A stretch of 61,588 nt of DNA, the filler included, from Choristocarpus tenellus KU-1152 (taxonomy: Eukaryota; Protista; Phaeophyceae): the NCBI GenBank assembly GCA_964200185.2. It is 10 parts of 10 records of this genome, joined end to end, with 100 filler letters (N's around TTAATTAATTAA, not from the genome) between each part and the next. Parts side by side here need not be neighbours in the genome. Positions count along the whole stretch, not along the records: positions 1 to 2,635 come from CAXNAD020026084.1; positions 2,736 to 6,157 come from CAXNAD020020143.1; positions 6,258 to 19,877 come from CAXNAD020001431.1; 7 more parts are not named here. The stretch is one strand, 5' to 3'. The notes beneath the pieces were generated by a model that ran no database searches, was not told where the DNA came from, and saw nothing but the letters and a program-made list of their open reading frames with translations. Every line of letters begins with the position of its first letter. Position 1 is the first letter of the stretch. Positions 1 to 11,699 of this stretch are shown one piece after another. The translations under genes were made by a program, and so were the position numbers.

Positions 1-28
1 CCCCCCTCCCTCCCAGATACTTTGGGTC
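1..28. mobile_element. MITE family B terminus (partial)
   Basis: C-rich tract + CCCAGATACTTTGGGTC, the reverse complement of the family B end GACCCAAAGTATCTGGG. Confidence 0.75.
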
Positions 29-538
29 GGTACGTCTGTGGCATGTTTTACTCCAGTAGACTATGATTGATATAAAGTGTGTAGTCATTCATTGAGACGC
101 TCAAATGAAGAGATTCATCCTCTGTGAAGAGGGTCGTAACCTTGGCTGAGAAGGGTTTCGAACGATAGTTTTAACTCTGTTTATATAGCATCCTGGCGTG
201 TGTCTTACACGTATTGCAGAGTGAACAGTATGTCTTGTGAGGGGGCAATGCCAGTCAAGTAACAATAATAATTAACACATGCTATGCAACTGATAACTTG
301 TATGAGAAGAATTAAAACGAGGAAAAAACAAGAAGGCAAGCTTGAATCCAGATCTAAGGTAGCTACTGTGGCACATAGTATGCCTGTATGATGATAGGTA
401 GCGACTGTTCTCATGCTTCTTATGTACTGTGATGTTCTGACAGTGATTGAGTAAGTTGTGATGATGAGCTAATGAGCTAAGGATGTAAATGGGAATAGCG
501 ACCATTGCAATGAACAAATCAACGTTCAGTATGGACTG

Positions 539-650
539 AGGGTCAAAGTATCTGGGGGGGGGTGCCGGCGTCCGTTTTTGACCCTTTTTTCGATTTTCAC
601 TTTTTGGTGTGATTTGGTTGCACGTGCCGGATTTGCAATGTGGGGGGAAA
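539..650 (+). mobile_element. MITE family A, left end
   Basis: AGGGTCAAAGTATCT-G9-TGCCGGCGTCCGTTTTTGACCC; homologous to 53444-53616 and, inverted, to 1677-1725 and 19978-20044. Confidence 0.8.
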
Positions 651-1060
651 AAAGAGGGCTATTGGTTAGGGTGTGTTGTCCCAGTGTTAACACGAGGAAT
701 TAAAAAATATACCATGGGCTGTTTCGAGGTAAGTTTTTCGTTTATTTGCCTGCATCAGTCATATTTGGTATAAACACAAAGAGGGCTGCCGGTTGGGGTC
801 CTTTGTCCCAGTGTTAGCACGAGAAGTTAAAAAATATACCATGGGCTGTTTTGAGGTTATTTTTCGTTTATTTTCTTGCATGAGTCGTATTTGGTCTGTA
901 CACAAAGAGGGCTGTCGGTTAGGGCCTGTTGTCCCGGTGTTTGCATGAGAAATTAATAAATATACCATGGACAGTTATAAATTTAGTTTTTCGTTTATTT
1001 TCTTGCATGTGTCGGATTTAGTATGTACACAAAGAGGGTTGTCGGTCAGGGTGTTAGGGT
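651..1060. repeat. Tandem repeat, ~127-bp unit, ~3.3 copies
   Basis: Units start AAAGAGGG at 651, 778, 904, 1031; conserved core AAATATACCATGG...TTTTTCGTTTATTT. Confidence 0.9.
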
Positions 1061-1078
1061 TAAAGTTGTTGGCATGAG

Positions 1079-1219
1079 ACCCGAAGTATCTGGGAGGTGG
1101 GGGGGGTCTACACCAGGGTGTCCATTTGGGTCAAAATCAGGAAAAGTGCATTTACAATAACCATCTGACGTATGCAACCAAATAACCCCAAAATCGCGAC
1201 ATGAAAAATTGACCCCAAA
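1079..1219 (+). mobile_element. MITE family B, truncated copy
   Basis: Begins GACCCGAAGTATCTGGG; aligns by eye with 1500-1676 and 33468-33647; right TIR absent. Confidence 0.85.
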
Positions 1220-1499
1220 CATGCGGCTTTCGTAGAATCACTGGTAGCTACTCTTCCCACCTTCCTCACAAGGCAGCAGGGGCCTCCTGGTGAGTCCTTC
1301 TCTCAAGCTATCTGCACGAGCTCCACCATTCAGGCCTTAGGAACATCCCTTCACTCCCTCCTAGCCACAGGTGTCCCCCCAGAAGACCTTACCGAAATCA
1401 TTGGCCAAGACTTGGTAACCTGGTGGGGAACAACACCCCCTGCACCTGCCCCAGAGGTACATATCCTAGCTGCCCATGACGCCAGGATCACAACGAGGC

Positions 1500-1725
1500 G
1501 ACCCAAAGTATCTGGGGGGAGTGGGGGTCTTCACCAAAGTGTCCATTTGGACCAACTCCGGGAAACGTGCACGTTCATTATCCATCCAACGTATGGAACC
1601 AAATCACCCAAAAAATCGCGACATGAAAAATTTAACTCCAAATGGACAGCCACCACTCCCCCCAGGTATTTGAGCCAGGGTCAAAAAAGGACGCCGGCAC
1701 TCCCCCCCCCAGATACTTTGACCCT
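1500..1725 (+). mobile_element. Complete MITE B (1500-1676) joined to a 49-bp family A terminal module (1677-1725)
   Basis: B ends GACCCAAAGTATCT / GGTATTTGAGCC; GGC flanks the whole composite at 1497-1499 and 1726-1728. Confidence 0.8.
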
Positions 1726-2073
1726 GGCTCAACACGAGATCAGACGCCTCCTGAACAAGATCCGTTTTGAATCTTTCAGGACACAACTGACCGGCCTTTC
1801 AAATGAGGCACAGCAAGGGAGGGAAAGCTCCTCATTGGCCCTAGCGCGCCACTGGAGCCAGTGTGAACAAGGGGCAAACGCATGGGCCTCAACTCCACCT
1901 CTGGAACCAGCATCCCAGATCCCCCCTCTGGAATTCGAGTTCACAGTCAGCAGATCCCTAGGGAGGGAGGAGGCCATATCCAACAGGTGTCCAGTGGCGG
2001 GGTGCAGGAGGCAAGATGTTTACACCAGACATGCCTGTACCTGCCCCAGGGCAGGGGGACAGGTATGACAGCA

Positions 2074-2331
2074 GATCCGAAGTATCTTAGAGGGTAGAGT
2101 CACGTCTGTTTGGGGAAAAAAATCCAATGTTGCGATTTTGATATAATTTTGGCTATTGTGTTGTTAGGATGTGTCAATATCCTTGTTCTGGACACGACCT
2201 ATCATAACATACACATTTCACCTACTCCCAAACATTTTGGATTAGGAAAATGTCATAAAAACCCCCATGGGAAGTCAAGTACCAAATGGACTAACAGGGC
2301 AAAACTCATACCCTCGACGATACTTTCACTC
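2074..2331 (+). mobile_element. MITE family C, complete, 4-bp TSD AGCA
   Basis: Ends GATCCGAAGTATCTTAGAGGGT / ACCCTCGACGATACTTTCACTC; AGCA at 2070-2073 and 2332-2335; removal restores the retroposon frame. Confidence 0.9.
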
Positions 2332-2635
2332 AGCACACTCCAATGGTGAAACGCCTGCACCAACTATGCAAGGGGATGGGTATCCCTTGTACTATGGAGG
2401 ACGGTAGCCCTTTCACAGTGGATAGGAATCTCCGCATGGATCTGGTGTTCCACGCAAGGGCACTGGCGAACGTCGCAACAGCCCCCTACAGGGACAAGGG
2501 CCTTCTGCATGATATTACCTTCGCAGAGGTACAGGCAACCTCTCACCTTACCCACTCATCCACCAGCAATGGTGTAGCTGCTGCTGCAGCTGAGGCGCGA
2601 AAGCGCACCCACTACGAGGACTCCTTTGATCTTCG

Positions 2636-2735
2636 NNNNNNNNNNNNNNNNNNNNNNNNNNNNNNNNNNNNNNNNNNNNTTAATTAATTAANNNNNNNNN
2701 NNNNNNNNNNNNNNNNNNNNNNNNNNNNNNNNNNN
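2636..2735. other. Artificial contig linker N44-TTAATTAATTAA-N44 (same linker at 6158-6257, 19878-19977, 31092-31191, 36169-36268, 40751-40850, 48597-48696, 53617-53716, 58602-58701)
   Basis: Nine 100-nt blocks with a central palindrome giving stops in all six frames; flanking sequences are unrelated. Confidence 0.97.
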
Positions 2736-5700
2736 CCTCTCCCCCCCCCCCCCCCCCCCCACCAGACCTCCTGCCCTCGCCCGCCCCCCCAGCCCTCATC
2801 CTACCCCTCTCTTGCTCAGGAGAGTATATGCACATGTCAGCCATGGCTGCTAGTAGATGCGCCTTGGTCTTGATGGCCTCATCCTCCTGACTAAGGTCCC
2901 GATCAAGAATGGCAGAAGTGCGTTGATCCACCGTGAAAACCTTGTGGGAGCGGGTGTGACAGTTACAAAAAATAAAAATATTCTATTAAGAAATGACCCA
3001 GTATTATTATTATTCTTAATGGAAAAATAACACCGTAAAAAATAAAAATAAAAAAAGAACAATTATAGTATTCAGATCATCTTCAGGGAAGAATAGATCC
3101 TGTTTTTGGTCCAATGGAGAACAACAGTTTGCTCTTATTGGTTTACATGTTGTTTTCTCTCTGACTTCTTCTCATTATTACTCCCTAAGAGAGACAGAGG
3201 GAGCAGAAGGATTGTGTGGGGAAGGGGGGAGGAGGACGGAAATTCAATACCCAAGCAGATGGATAGAATACTCTGCGCTGTCAGGAGAGGGGTGGGGGGG
3301 GTCATATGACACCTAGAAGTGAGTGGATTTTGAGAGTAAGGAGGCGGGAGGGTGGAAAAGATTGTGAGAACAATGGGGTTGGAAGTTCAATGCAGATAGG
3401 CGGGTATCTTTACGGTAAAATAGGGGACTAGTCAAGACCTGGTACTGGTACTAGAATAAGTCAATCCTATGCAAGTAGCAGATATGCACACACACACAAA
3501 CACACATCACACAACATACACATGTATGCACATTCAAGCAGACATATTTGAAAGAGCTACCTGTGGGGTCCCGAGCAACAGCTCCAAGAGAATGATTCCC
3601 ACAGACCACAGGTCGTAACTCTCAGGCCGTCGAGAAGCGTAGGCGTTCTAATGGGGGTACATAGTACACAGCAAGGCATGTTTTGATAGCACATACACAC
3701 ATTATCGGAACAGAGAGTGTCTTGAGGTTGGACAGGGTGGGACAATTCTCATCATCATTATTATCATCACTATTATCACCACTATTATTGTCATTATTAT
3801 TATCATTATTATCATCACTATTATCACCACTATTGTCATTATTATTATCATTATCATCACTATTATCACCACTATTTTTGTCATTATTATTATTATTCTC
3901 ATCACTATTATCACCACTATTATTGTCATTATTATCATTATTATCATTATCACTATTATCACCACTCTTTTTTTTTTTTTAATTAAAAAAAAAAAAAAAA
4001 AGCCCCCATTTTTTTTAAAGGCAATTGAAAGTGCATGTGACGAAAAAACACATGGGAGACTTGTACGGATCCAATTGGATTTTTCGAATTTGGAGATGCC
4101 TTCCAGATGGCAGTGGGTGTCAGTCAACACTTAATGGTATATGCATACCTAGTCATGCCCCACAAATTGCAGGTACACAACAAGAACAAAAAGAACAATA
4201 ATGACAATAAAAATTATAATATTAATAATAAAATAACAATCCTTACATTACAAATAACAATATTCAAAAGAATATTAACAATAATATTGATAATAATATA
4301 AAAATCCTTACATACATCACTAGTAACTATAATCAAAAGAATAATAACAACAATCCTTACATGTATTACTAATAACAATAACAACAATAACAATAATAAT
4401 AATAATCAATTTACCATAATAAAAACACACTCTGGGCTATAAACCCACAGTCACTATCACACTATTAAAAAAAATGAACAACCTGACACACAAAAAACAC
4501 CCCTCCCTACTTCCGGGTGTCCTCCGTCCTCACTCGGTGACAGTCAACAATGCAAGTGTTACCCCACAAAAAATGTACAGACTCCAGTCAAACAGACCCC
4601 ACACTCAAGGTTTAAAAAAAAAATTAAAAATAAATAACAAAAATACATTTATTATATTTTCATTAAAAAAAAATCTTATCTCGATCACACAAAAAGTCCA
4701 CACATGACAAGAAGTAGTACCGACATACAAGTGGTGCGCCACTCTGAACCAACAACCACCCTATCTCTTGTCTACATCACCCTATCTGTCCTCTACATCC
4801 TATTTGTTCTCTCCATCACCCTATCTCTTGTCCACATTACCCTATCTGTTCTCTACATCCTATTTGTTCTCTACATCACCCTATCTCTTGTCTGTAGTCC
4901 ACATCACAAAAAGTGACAAGGCTATGCCGTCAAGCAGAAGCCCAGGAGGGTCCAGCACAAGACTCGAGGAGGGAGGGGAGGAGGGAGGGGAGGAGACAGG
5001 CGGTGGTGTCACGCCCGAACACAACCAGTACAGTAGGCCATACAGCAAGGACCGGCTCTATCGTAGAGGTTACTAGTACAAGAGGCAGTGCAGTGTGTAG
5101 TTAGCGCCTCTGACCACGCGTCGTCCGTTCAGTACCCTATTTCATCGGCTGGTTTTGTGTGGGTAATCCGATTCTTACGACCCCTTAGGGTATATAGAGA
5201 TGACACGCACGCCTCCTCGTGCGACAACCGTTATCCAATTCTCTTGGGGGGGGGGTTGGGGAGGGTTTTTCGGTTCACGAAGGTTGGGTTGGTCCCCAGA
5301 CTAAAAGTGAAGATGAAACGAATAAATAAATAAATAAAAAGAAAGAAAGAAAGAAAGAAACGTGGATGGGAGGTAGCACTGTCGGGTCAAATCTCATTTT
5401 TAAAAAATAGAAAAACAAAGAGGACTTAGTCACGTAGCCCACCTCGTCTCCCTTGTCAACCGCACACGCCTCACAAATCACTACAAATATATACACGGAA
5501 TAATACACTACAGCAGGGTCTGAGGGCAGGCTCAGGTGAAAGTACATACAGGCAGACTCCCAGAAACGAAAGGGGGAGTGCAAACAAACAGGGGCAGGCA
5601 ATACATCAAAAAACATCAAAAATACATCGAAAATACATCAAAATCCCTCCACCTGCAAACAGTGGGAACGAAGGGCAAGACATCCTTTCCAAAGCAAAGG

Positions 5701-6109
5701 AGTAAACCAAGCTCATTACCAACATACCCCCAACATACCCCCAACATACCCCCAACATACCACAATCCAAAAAATAAAATAAAATAAAATAAAATAAAAA
5801 AACTTTTCAATTTTCGATTCCACAAACCTACCCGCCTTCCCAGTCCAGCAAAACCATTTCAACCCATACATACATCTACACACACACACACACACACAAA
5901 TCCCTCTAATGTACACAAAACAGAACAATTATTTTCACGTTCCTTCTTTCACCTTCGAATTGAACAGCACCTCCGGAGGCGCATAGTCCATCGTAGACTC
6001 CGCCTGGGACGGTCCACCCGCCCCAAATAAACCGGTCGCCAATGCCTCCTCATCAACAGCTGAAGAGAAGTCCGCCACCCTCAAAGACACCCCCGCCCCT
6101 CCCTCCCAC
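2736..6109 (-). CDS. Ser/Thr protein kinase, internal exons 6109-5953, 3647-3561, 2940-<2736 (resembles the kinase domain of plant PP2C-kinase fusion proteins)
   Basis: GT-AG, phase-compatible exons give LRVADFSSAVDEE...GPSQAESTMDYAPPEVLF | NAYASRRPESYDLWSVGIILLELLLGTPQ | VFTVDQRTSAILDRDL...MADMCIY, i.e. kinase subdomains VII-IX and onward. Confidence 0.88.
3748..3965. repeat. Degenerate (ATC/ATT) trinucleotide microsatellite with higher-order units, intronic
   Basis: Repeated CACTATTATCACCACTATTATTGTCATTATTAT. Confidence 0.9.
4757..4895. repeat. Minisatellite, ~20-21-bp unit
   Basis: CACCCTATCTCTTGTCTACAT / CCTATTTGTTCTCTACAT variants, about 7 units. Confidence 0.85.
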
Positions 6110-7949
6110 CTATTCAACAATGATGACTTGAAATGTGCAGTCTATGGAGCATGCGCCNNNNNNNNNNNNNNNNNNNNNNNNNNNNNNNNNNNNNNNNNNN
6201 NTTAATTAATTAANNNNNNNNNNNNNNNNNNNNNNNNNNNNNNNNNNNNNNNNNNNNGGGGGGGAAGAGGTGGTGGGTGAGGTGAAATGCAGTCCTTGAA
6301 TGAGAAAGGAGGGAGTGGGGTCATTGTGGGTATTTTTTTAAGGTAGAAGGTGAAAGGGGCAGCAGGGTTTCCTGATTCGAGAGGGATGTTCCTCAAGGAA
6401 GAGTCCACTGCTTCCTTTCCGGGTTCATCCGTGTCAAATTCAGTCCTTTGAATGGAAGAGAGGTGTGTGGGAGGATTACTTCTTGCCACTGGTTCCCCCC
6501 TACGGAAACCAAGTACTACCCAAGCCATCCAGCAGCCTATGCACAAACGGGGGATACAGAGGTAGGGAAGGTGGGAGTTGGGAATGGTTGGAATGTGCTC
6601 TGTTTATGATACCTATATTGGTTTTTGATTGCAGTATTCTGACAGACCTCAAGCATATTTTCTGCATTTTCATCTTTGTTCTTATCCCAGTGCTGCTCAA
6701 TGCTCGAAGAGGACTCAAATGTAATTAATGCTCATACTATTTGTTCCCTGAGCTCCTTCCTCCCTTACAAACTATCTGACACTCATCGACTGATCACACC
6801 TCTGCCCAGGTTTACTGAAGATGACGATTTATTGGTGGTTAGTGCAACAAAATGACCATCTCAGGTGCTTGCTGGAAATCGTCTAAGAGGGCATGTACGC
6901 CACACCTCCAGGTAAGCCTCGGGGGTCCTTTTTGTCATGGACCGTGACACACCTTCCGTGCCAGCAACCATATGGTTGATCCTCATAGTTTCTTGTGGGG
7001 CCGTTGAATGGTCTCAACCAGTAAGTATACTGAGGAGTATTCTGGAGCGGAGTACACCTGTTGGCATTAACGCTTGCTTGCTTCTAACTACTCCACAAGA
7101 ATCTGATTTGCCATGACGGTTTTTTCGGGAAGTGAGTTATGTTATGCAGCAAGGTAGTGGCAAATCTAGAGAACTGAGCAGCCAAACAAGCACAAAAGCC
7201 TCAGTATATACATTTTTGCCAACTGTAGCATACTTAAATACCAGACAACACCGCACGAGGGGTAAGCCTTTGACGCCTGCCATGATGGGGATACGATACA
7301 CTTTGGACTTCCCAAAACCGAGATGGGTCAGAGAGCAGACATGGAAACCAGGTAGACCCCCATACGTGTTGACTGGGGATCAGTGGAGAAAGACGCAGAG
7401 GAAAATTGATGTATCTTCCAGTGCACACACACTGCTGAAAAGTGGTACAACTAATACAGCAGCTATTCTTGGGGAAGTTAGGGATTTGATTGAAACATGT
7501 CATGTATGAAGGAGGACAGCAAAGCACCTCAAGGGTGTGTCCAACTCAAATGGTATGGAAATGAGCAAATTTTTCCGAGATCTAATCTAACAGTGCATCG
7601 TACTGACCTCCTTGACATTCTCATATCCATCCAGACTTTGATCTCAAAGAAGTGGGCTGCTAAGACGAACATGATAGTATCCACTCAAAGGGAAGAACTC
7701 AGAGCTGCCGAGGCATGAACATTTGTGGATAACCCCAGTATACCAGCGACTCTGAGGAATAAAATATTTGTTCCAAATGATCACTACCTACCTCAGAGTG
7801 CTAGCTGGTCTTAGATCATCAGGTTTTCCCACCTACTTTACACAAATACAAAGCATTTCTCAACCGGGAAAAGCAGGAATAGTAACTCCACTTCTTTTTT
7901 TTTTCCAACAGTGGGACCAAACAATACAGCAAATACCAGAGTAGAAACA

Positions 7950-8330
7950 GCAACATTGTGGCAAAGGCGTAGATTCTGTGGCCAGTGGCTCATGAGAAGA
8001 TCATTTATGCTCGCTCCTCAACCCAGTTTGTCCAGGAATATTGATTGGCGCATTGTGAGGTGCTGTGCTTCTCAGTCAAAATCTCGGGGGGTTACTCAAA
8101 GGGCAACCAGCTCTTACTCTCCCCCTTCTTGTTAGGTGCTTCATCTCTGCGGAGAGCCACCCCCCCATTGGCCAACATGAAGATATCCTGAGTGAGAGTC
8201 CTGCGCACTCCTGCATCAAGGTTAGGAATAGTGTACTTGGTGGATTTATGTGTGGGCTTCCTTTTGTGTGACAGTCAAATGGGCCTGCATTCTTGGTGCT
8301 CATGGCAAGCTTGTTTGATGTGAATGTGGC
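7950..8330 (-). pseudogene. Possible LINE reverse transcriptase relic
   Basis: RGRVRAGCPLSNPPRF resembles the GVRQGCPLSP motif, followed by a weak YADD-like segment (SINDLLM); very degraded. Confidence 0.35.
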
Positions 8331-8481
8331 AACCTTACATGATCAGAACTTTTACTTTTGCACTCTGAATGGTTGTGTATGAACATGGATTGCTTTTCCA
8401 TGTTGTTTTTAGACTGCTTAGCACCATAAACTTGTGTGGACCTTTTTTCTGTCTACTTTGAATTATTGATTTGTCGGTATC

Positions 8482-11400
8482 TTTGCAATATAGTCTAGAT
8501 AGTCTATAGGGTCTTATGTGTTTAGTGATTAATACTATACAACAGAAGTAATGACTGAATGAAGTAAGTGTCAAGGACGTTTTTCCATGTACTTAGAACA
8601 TCAGGTGTGAGTTTCGATGGATTGATTTCTTATGCTCATTGGTATGTAAGCGGACCTTCGTATGCTGCCACTATGGAGTGGAGCGCGGGGGCAAAAAAGG
8701 GAGAAGTGGGTAGAATGGCGGATGGTGCTGGTGAGCTATGCGGGCAGCAAGAGAATGTACTGCATCCTACAACCAGCATACCGCATTCATGCACCTCCCA
8801 CAGCTGATATATCGTTCGGGGGACGCAGCGTGTGCGAGGAGTAAGTCAAGTCTCATTAGGCCTTGTGGTTCCTTCTTGGCCAGGCCACAAGGGAAACTGC
8901 AGCTATTGTGATCAGCACGCACGAGAATAACGGCAGCCCCGACCGGAGGGCAGCCTGTCTCGAATTAGAACAGATCTATGGGGGGCGCACTGTGAGTCAG
9001 CGGCCCATGCAGCTCATAGGTCTAGAGATGACATTGCGCTACATATACTGCTCGTCAATGGAAGACGTCAATGGAAAACGCTGCAGACTTTGTAATTCGC
9101 CTCAATCATATCTGGACAAGTGTACGAGCAGCTGGAGGCAGCCAAGATCATGCCAAGAAAGGAGCTCTGATCATAGGCATCAGGGACAGCATGCCGCAGG
9201 TATTTGCGCAGATGTGTCCGTACGGAGGACAAGATCCCCATGCAGCTCGACAAAGGACGCACCGAGGACGAAATCCTCGTCCAGCTCACTGGATGACGCG
9301 TGGAGGATTAGACCCCAGTGCAGTGCAACAAAGGACGCACGGAGGACCAGATCCCCGTGCAGTTCTTCACAAGACCCAATATAAGCTACAGTAAGCGGAA
9401 TCGGGCAATATATCATCATGGACATGGGATATGGTACAATCAATAACGAGCAAGAACTGGAGTCTATGAGGAGGAGCAGTTGTCACAAACACTTGTCCCT
9501 AAAGGGGGATGGGACATGACCATTGATTGGAGACCCCAAGATTCTTGCTTACGGAGTTTTAAAAAAAGCAATTGCTGTACCTGCCACTAGGGGAGCAGGG
9601 CATTAGCAGGAGCAGCTAACTAAGCCTCCACCACAAAAGAAAGGAGGAGCTAACCTCGGGTAGCCTGGGAGCACTCTAGCCACTGGGACCGTAAACTCAT
9701 GGAAGAGAAAAACAAAAGGTCAGCGTAGGAGGCGAACAAGATACAACTGGTAAACGTACGGACCATATTACAACAGGATCCCCTACCAGAGACGAGATCC
9801 GGACCAACAGAAGAAGTTTAAACTGTGGACTGAAAAACATATTGGTCCTTGGTTCTTTCAAAGGAATAAGCTACAACTGTGGAGGTAAAGGAGACCTTCA
9901 GATCATTTGTCGCCAAAGGAGAGCGACACCGTCTAAAGAGGCGGAGAAATTACCTGGACATACTTCAAAGGGGTCACAACTTGGTATGGAGACAATCGAG
10001 GTGCAATTCTAGCAGCTGTAACCATTGGATAATATCAATGGACGGACAAGGGATGTCACATCAAACTGGAATGCACCAGGGAGTATGTTAGCAGAGGATT
10101 TCAGAGGCTCCCTGGTGAGGAAGCTTGTTAGCAAAGGGCTGCCTGCACAAGACTTGTAAGTCTGGGAAGTAAATATATCTACTCCAGGCCATCAAGAACC
10201 ATCTTCTATATCAGAGGCACTCACGGGGCCTGACACGCGAGAATTGGCAAGCGGCCATGGAGAAGATGGAGCAACAATGGATGAAAAGAACATTCATAGA
10301 GGGAGAGGTTATGATATGGGGAAGAAATCCTGTCAAGACTAAGTCTTAATTCAAGACAAAGCCAACAGCTGAGGGGACCACTGAACAATTTAAGGCCAGG
10401 TTGGGTGGCACAGGACTTTTCTCAACAAGAGGATGTACAAGACATTCAATTATGACAGGCTTCAAGCCTGGGGGAGTGAGTGCTACGTCAACAAGAGAAA
10501 CAATGGACAATGGGGGGGGGCCTAGTCAGGTATGGAGACTCAGACTGGGGGCAATGACACTACATCAAGGCGGGGCACGACAGGGCATCATTATGCTGGC
10601 ACGTGTGGATCCCGCAGGAAGACGAGCTGGTGACCTCAGCACAGGTGACTTTTCAGCCTGAAGCCAAACTGCTGGAGCTAATGGGGGAAACAGAGCTGGA
10701 CATACTGGGGGAGTCAGAGTTTCATGACGACATGGACATGGGTATGAAAGATGAAGAGGTTTCCACAACAGGGAGCGAAACTGGGGGTGAGATCCAAAAC
10801 ATTGGGTGTGGGGCTCAGGATGCAAAGCGCTCAACATCCACCCGAAGCCAAGATATTCTCCCAAGATGGGACAGAACCACTTCTTGTCAATTCTCATGCA
10901 GCAGAACAACATTGACGCATACTGCTTTACGGGTCTCATGGGGGAAGTGGGAACAGGTGCAGACAAGCCATTTACAACGAAAGCAGCCTTGAGTGGGCCA
11001 GATGCAGATCAATGGTAAGAAGTAGTGAAAAAAAGGAAATGACAGGATTCAATGACAGGACCAAGCATGTGGACATGAAGTTAAAATGTACAAGAGAGTA
11101 TGTAGATCAAGGAATATTTCAAATTGAATATATTCCAATACGCAAGCAATTGGCAGACGTGTTAACCAAGTCTTCACGCAAGAGTTTTATTTCTGATTTT
11201 GGGCATTCCGTGCTTTCGCATCGAGAGTGAGCTTTAGTCAGCAACTTTGCTGCACGCTCATGGGGGAGTGTGCAATATAGGCTAGGTGGTCTATAGGGTC
11301 CTATCTATTTAGTCACCAATAATATGCAATAGAAGTAATGACTGAGTGAAGTAAGAGTGAAAGACTTGTTTCTGTGTGTTTAGAACAACAATAGGTTCGA

Positions 11401-11640
11401 GTCTCAATGCATTAATTGCTTATTTCTGTTTAATGTAAGTAACTGACGTATGATGACTGACGTCTTGGAATGTGTGACGTAGTGCAACTGACACCGACAA
11501 ATTTTGACGTGTTTGCTGACGTGCGAAATAGATAATAATATAAGGGAGAGCTCCCCCCACCAAGGGCTCTGCTCACTTCGCTAATAAATACATACATACA
11601 ACATAATGAAAAGACTTTTGGAATAGCTCTCTTTTGCATA
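8482..11640 (+). mobile_element. Internally deleted Ty1/Copia LTR retrotransposon, both ends present, 5-bp TSD GTATC
   Basis: 5' LTR remnant 8482-~8640; gag-like DRRAACLELEQIYGG; RNase H end RTKHVDMKLK...QLADVLTK (11040-11190); PPT GGGGGAG; 3' LTR 11269-11640 (TGTGCAA...TTGCATA); GTATC at 8477-8481 and 11641-11645. Confidence 0.88.
9222..9372 (+). repeat. 39-bp tandem repeat inside the Copia element (13-aa unit like THGGRDPRAVQQR)
   Basis: About four units GGAGGAC.AGATCCCC.TGCAG...CAAAGGACGCAC; a shorter array occurs at ~17820-17870 in the sister copy. Confidence 0.75.
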
Positions 11641-11699
11641 GTATCCGCAAGTATCGACATTGCTCAGATACTGACTGCCCTGTGCGTTATGTGATCATG

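Larger units (their letters stand above)
1220..2635 (+). pseudogene. 3' part of a CRE-like non-LTR retrotransposon (zinc knuckle + restriction-like endonuclease), split by MITE insertions
   Basis: After removing the MITEs the frame reads SQCEQGANAW...SLG...CPVAGC...HACTCPRAGGQV(*)QHTPMV...EDGSPF...RMDLV...HDIT...AAAAAEARKRTHY, the CCHC + RH..E..RxD..D..AE.K.Y pattern of RLE-clade elements. Confidence 0.75.

Noticed and set aside
651-1060. CRISPR-like regularly spaced repeats
   Set aside because: Whole 127-bp units are similar, with no unique spacers and no cas genes; the context is eukaryotic.
539-1725. One large transposon bounded by inverted family A ends
   Set aside because: No TSD around the pair, and the retroposon sequence continues across the right end, so the two ends are separate events.
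1412-2068. 218-aa ORF as a real gene
   Set aside because: Chance read-through of a MITE composite inside a dead retroposon.
2680-2691. TTAATTAATTAA as a regulatory or piggyBac site
   Set aside because: Part of the synthetic linker.
3683-4301. Leu/Ser- and Ile-rich ORFs resembling membrane proteins
   Set aside because: Translations of intronic trinucleotide microsatellites.
7132-7718. Protein-like ORFs, possibly transposase
   Set aside because: No motif could be assigned with confidence.
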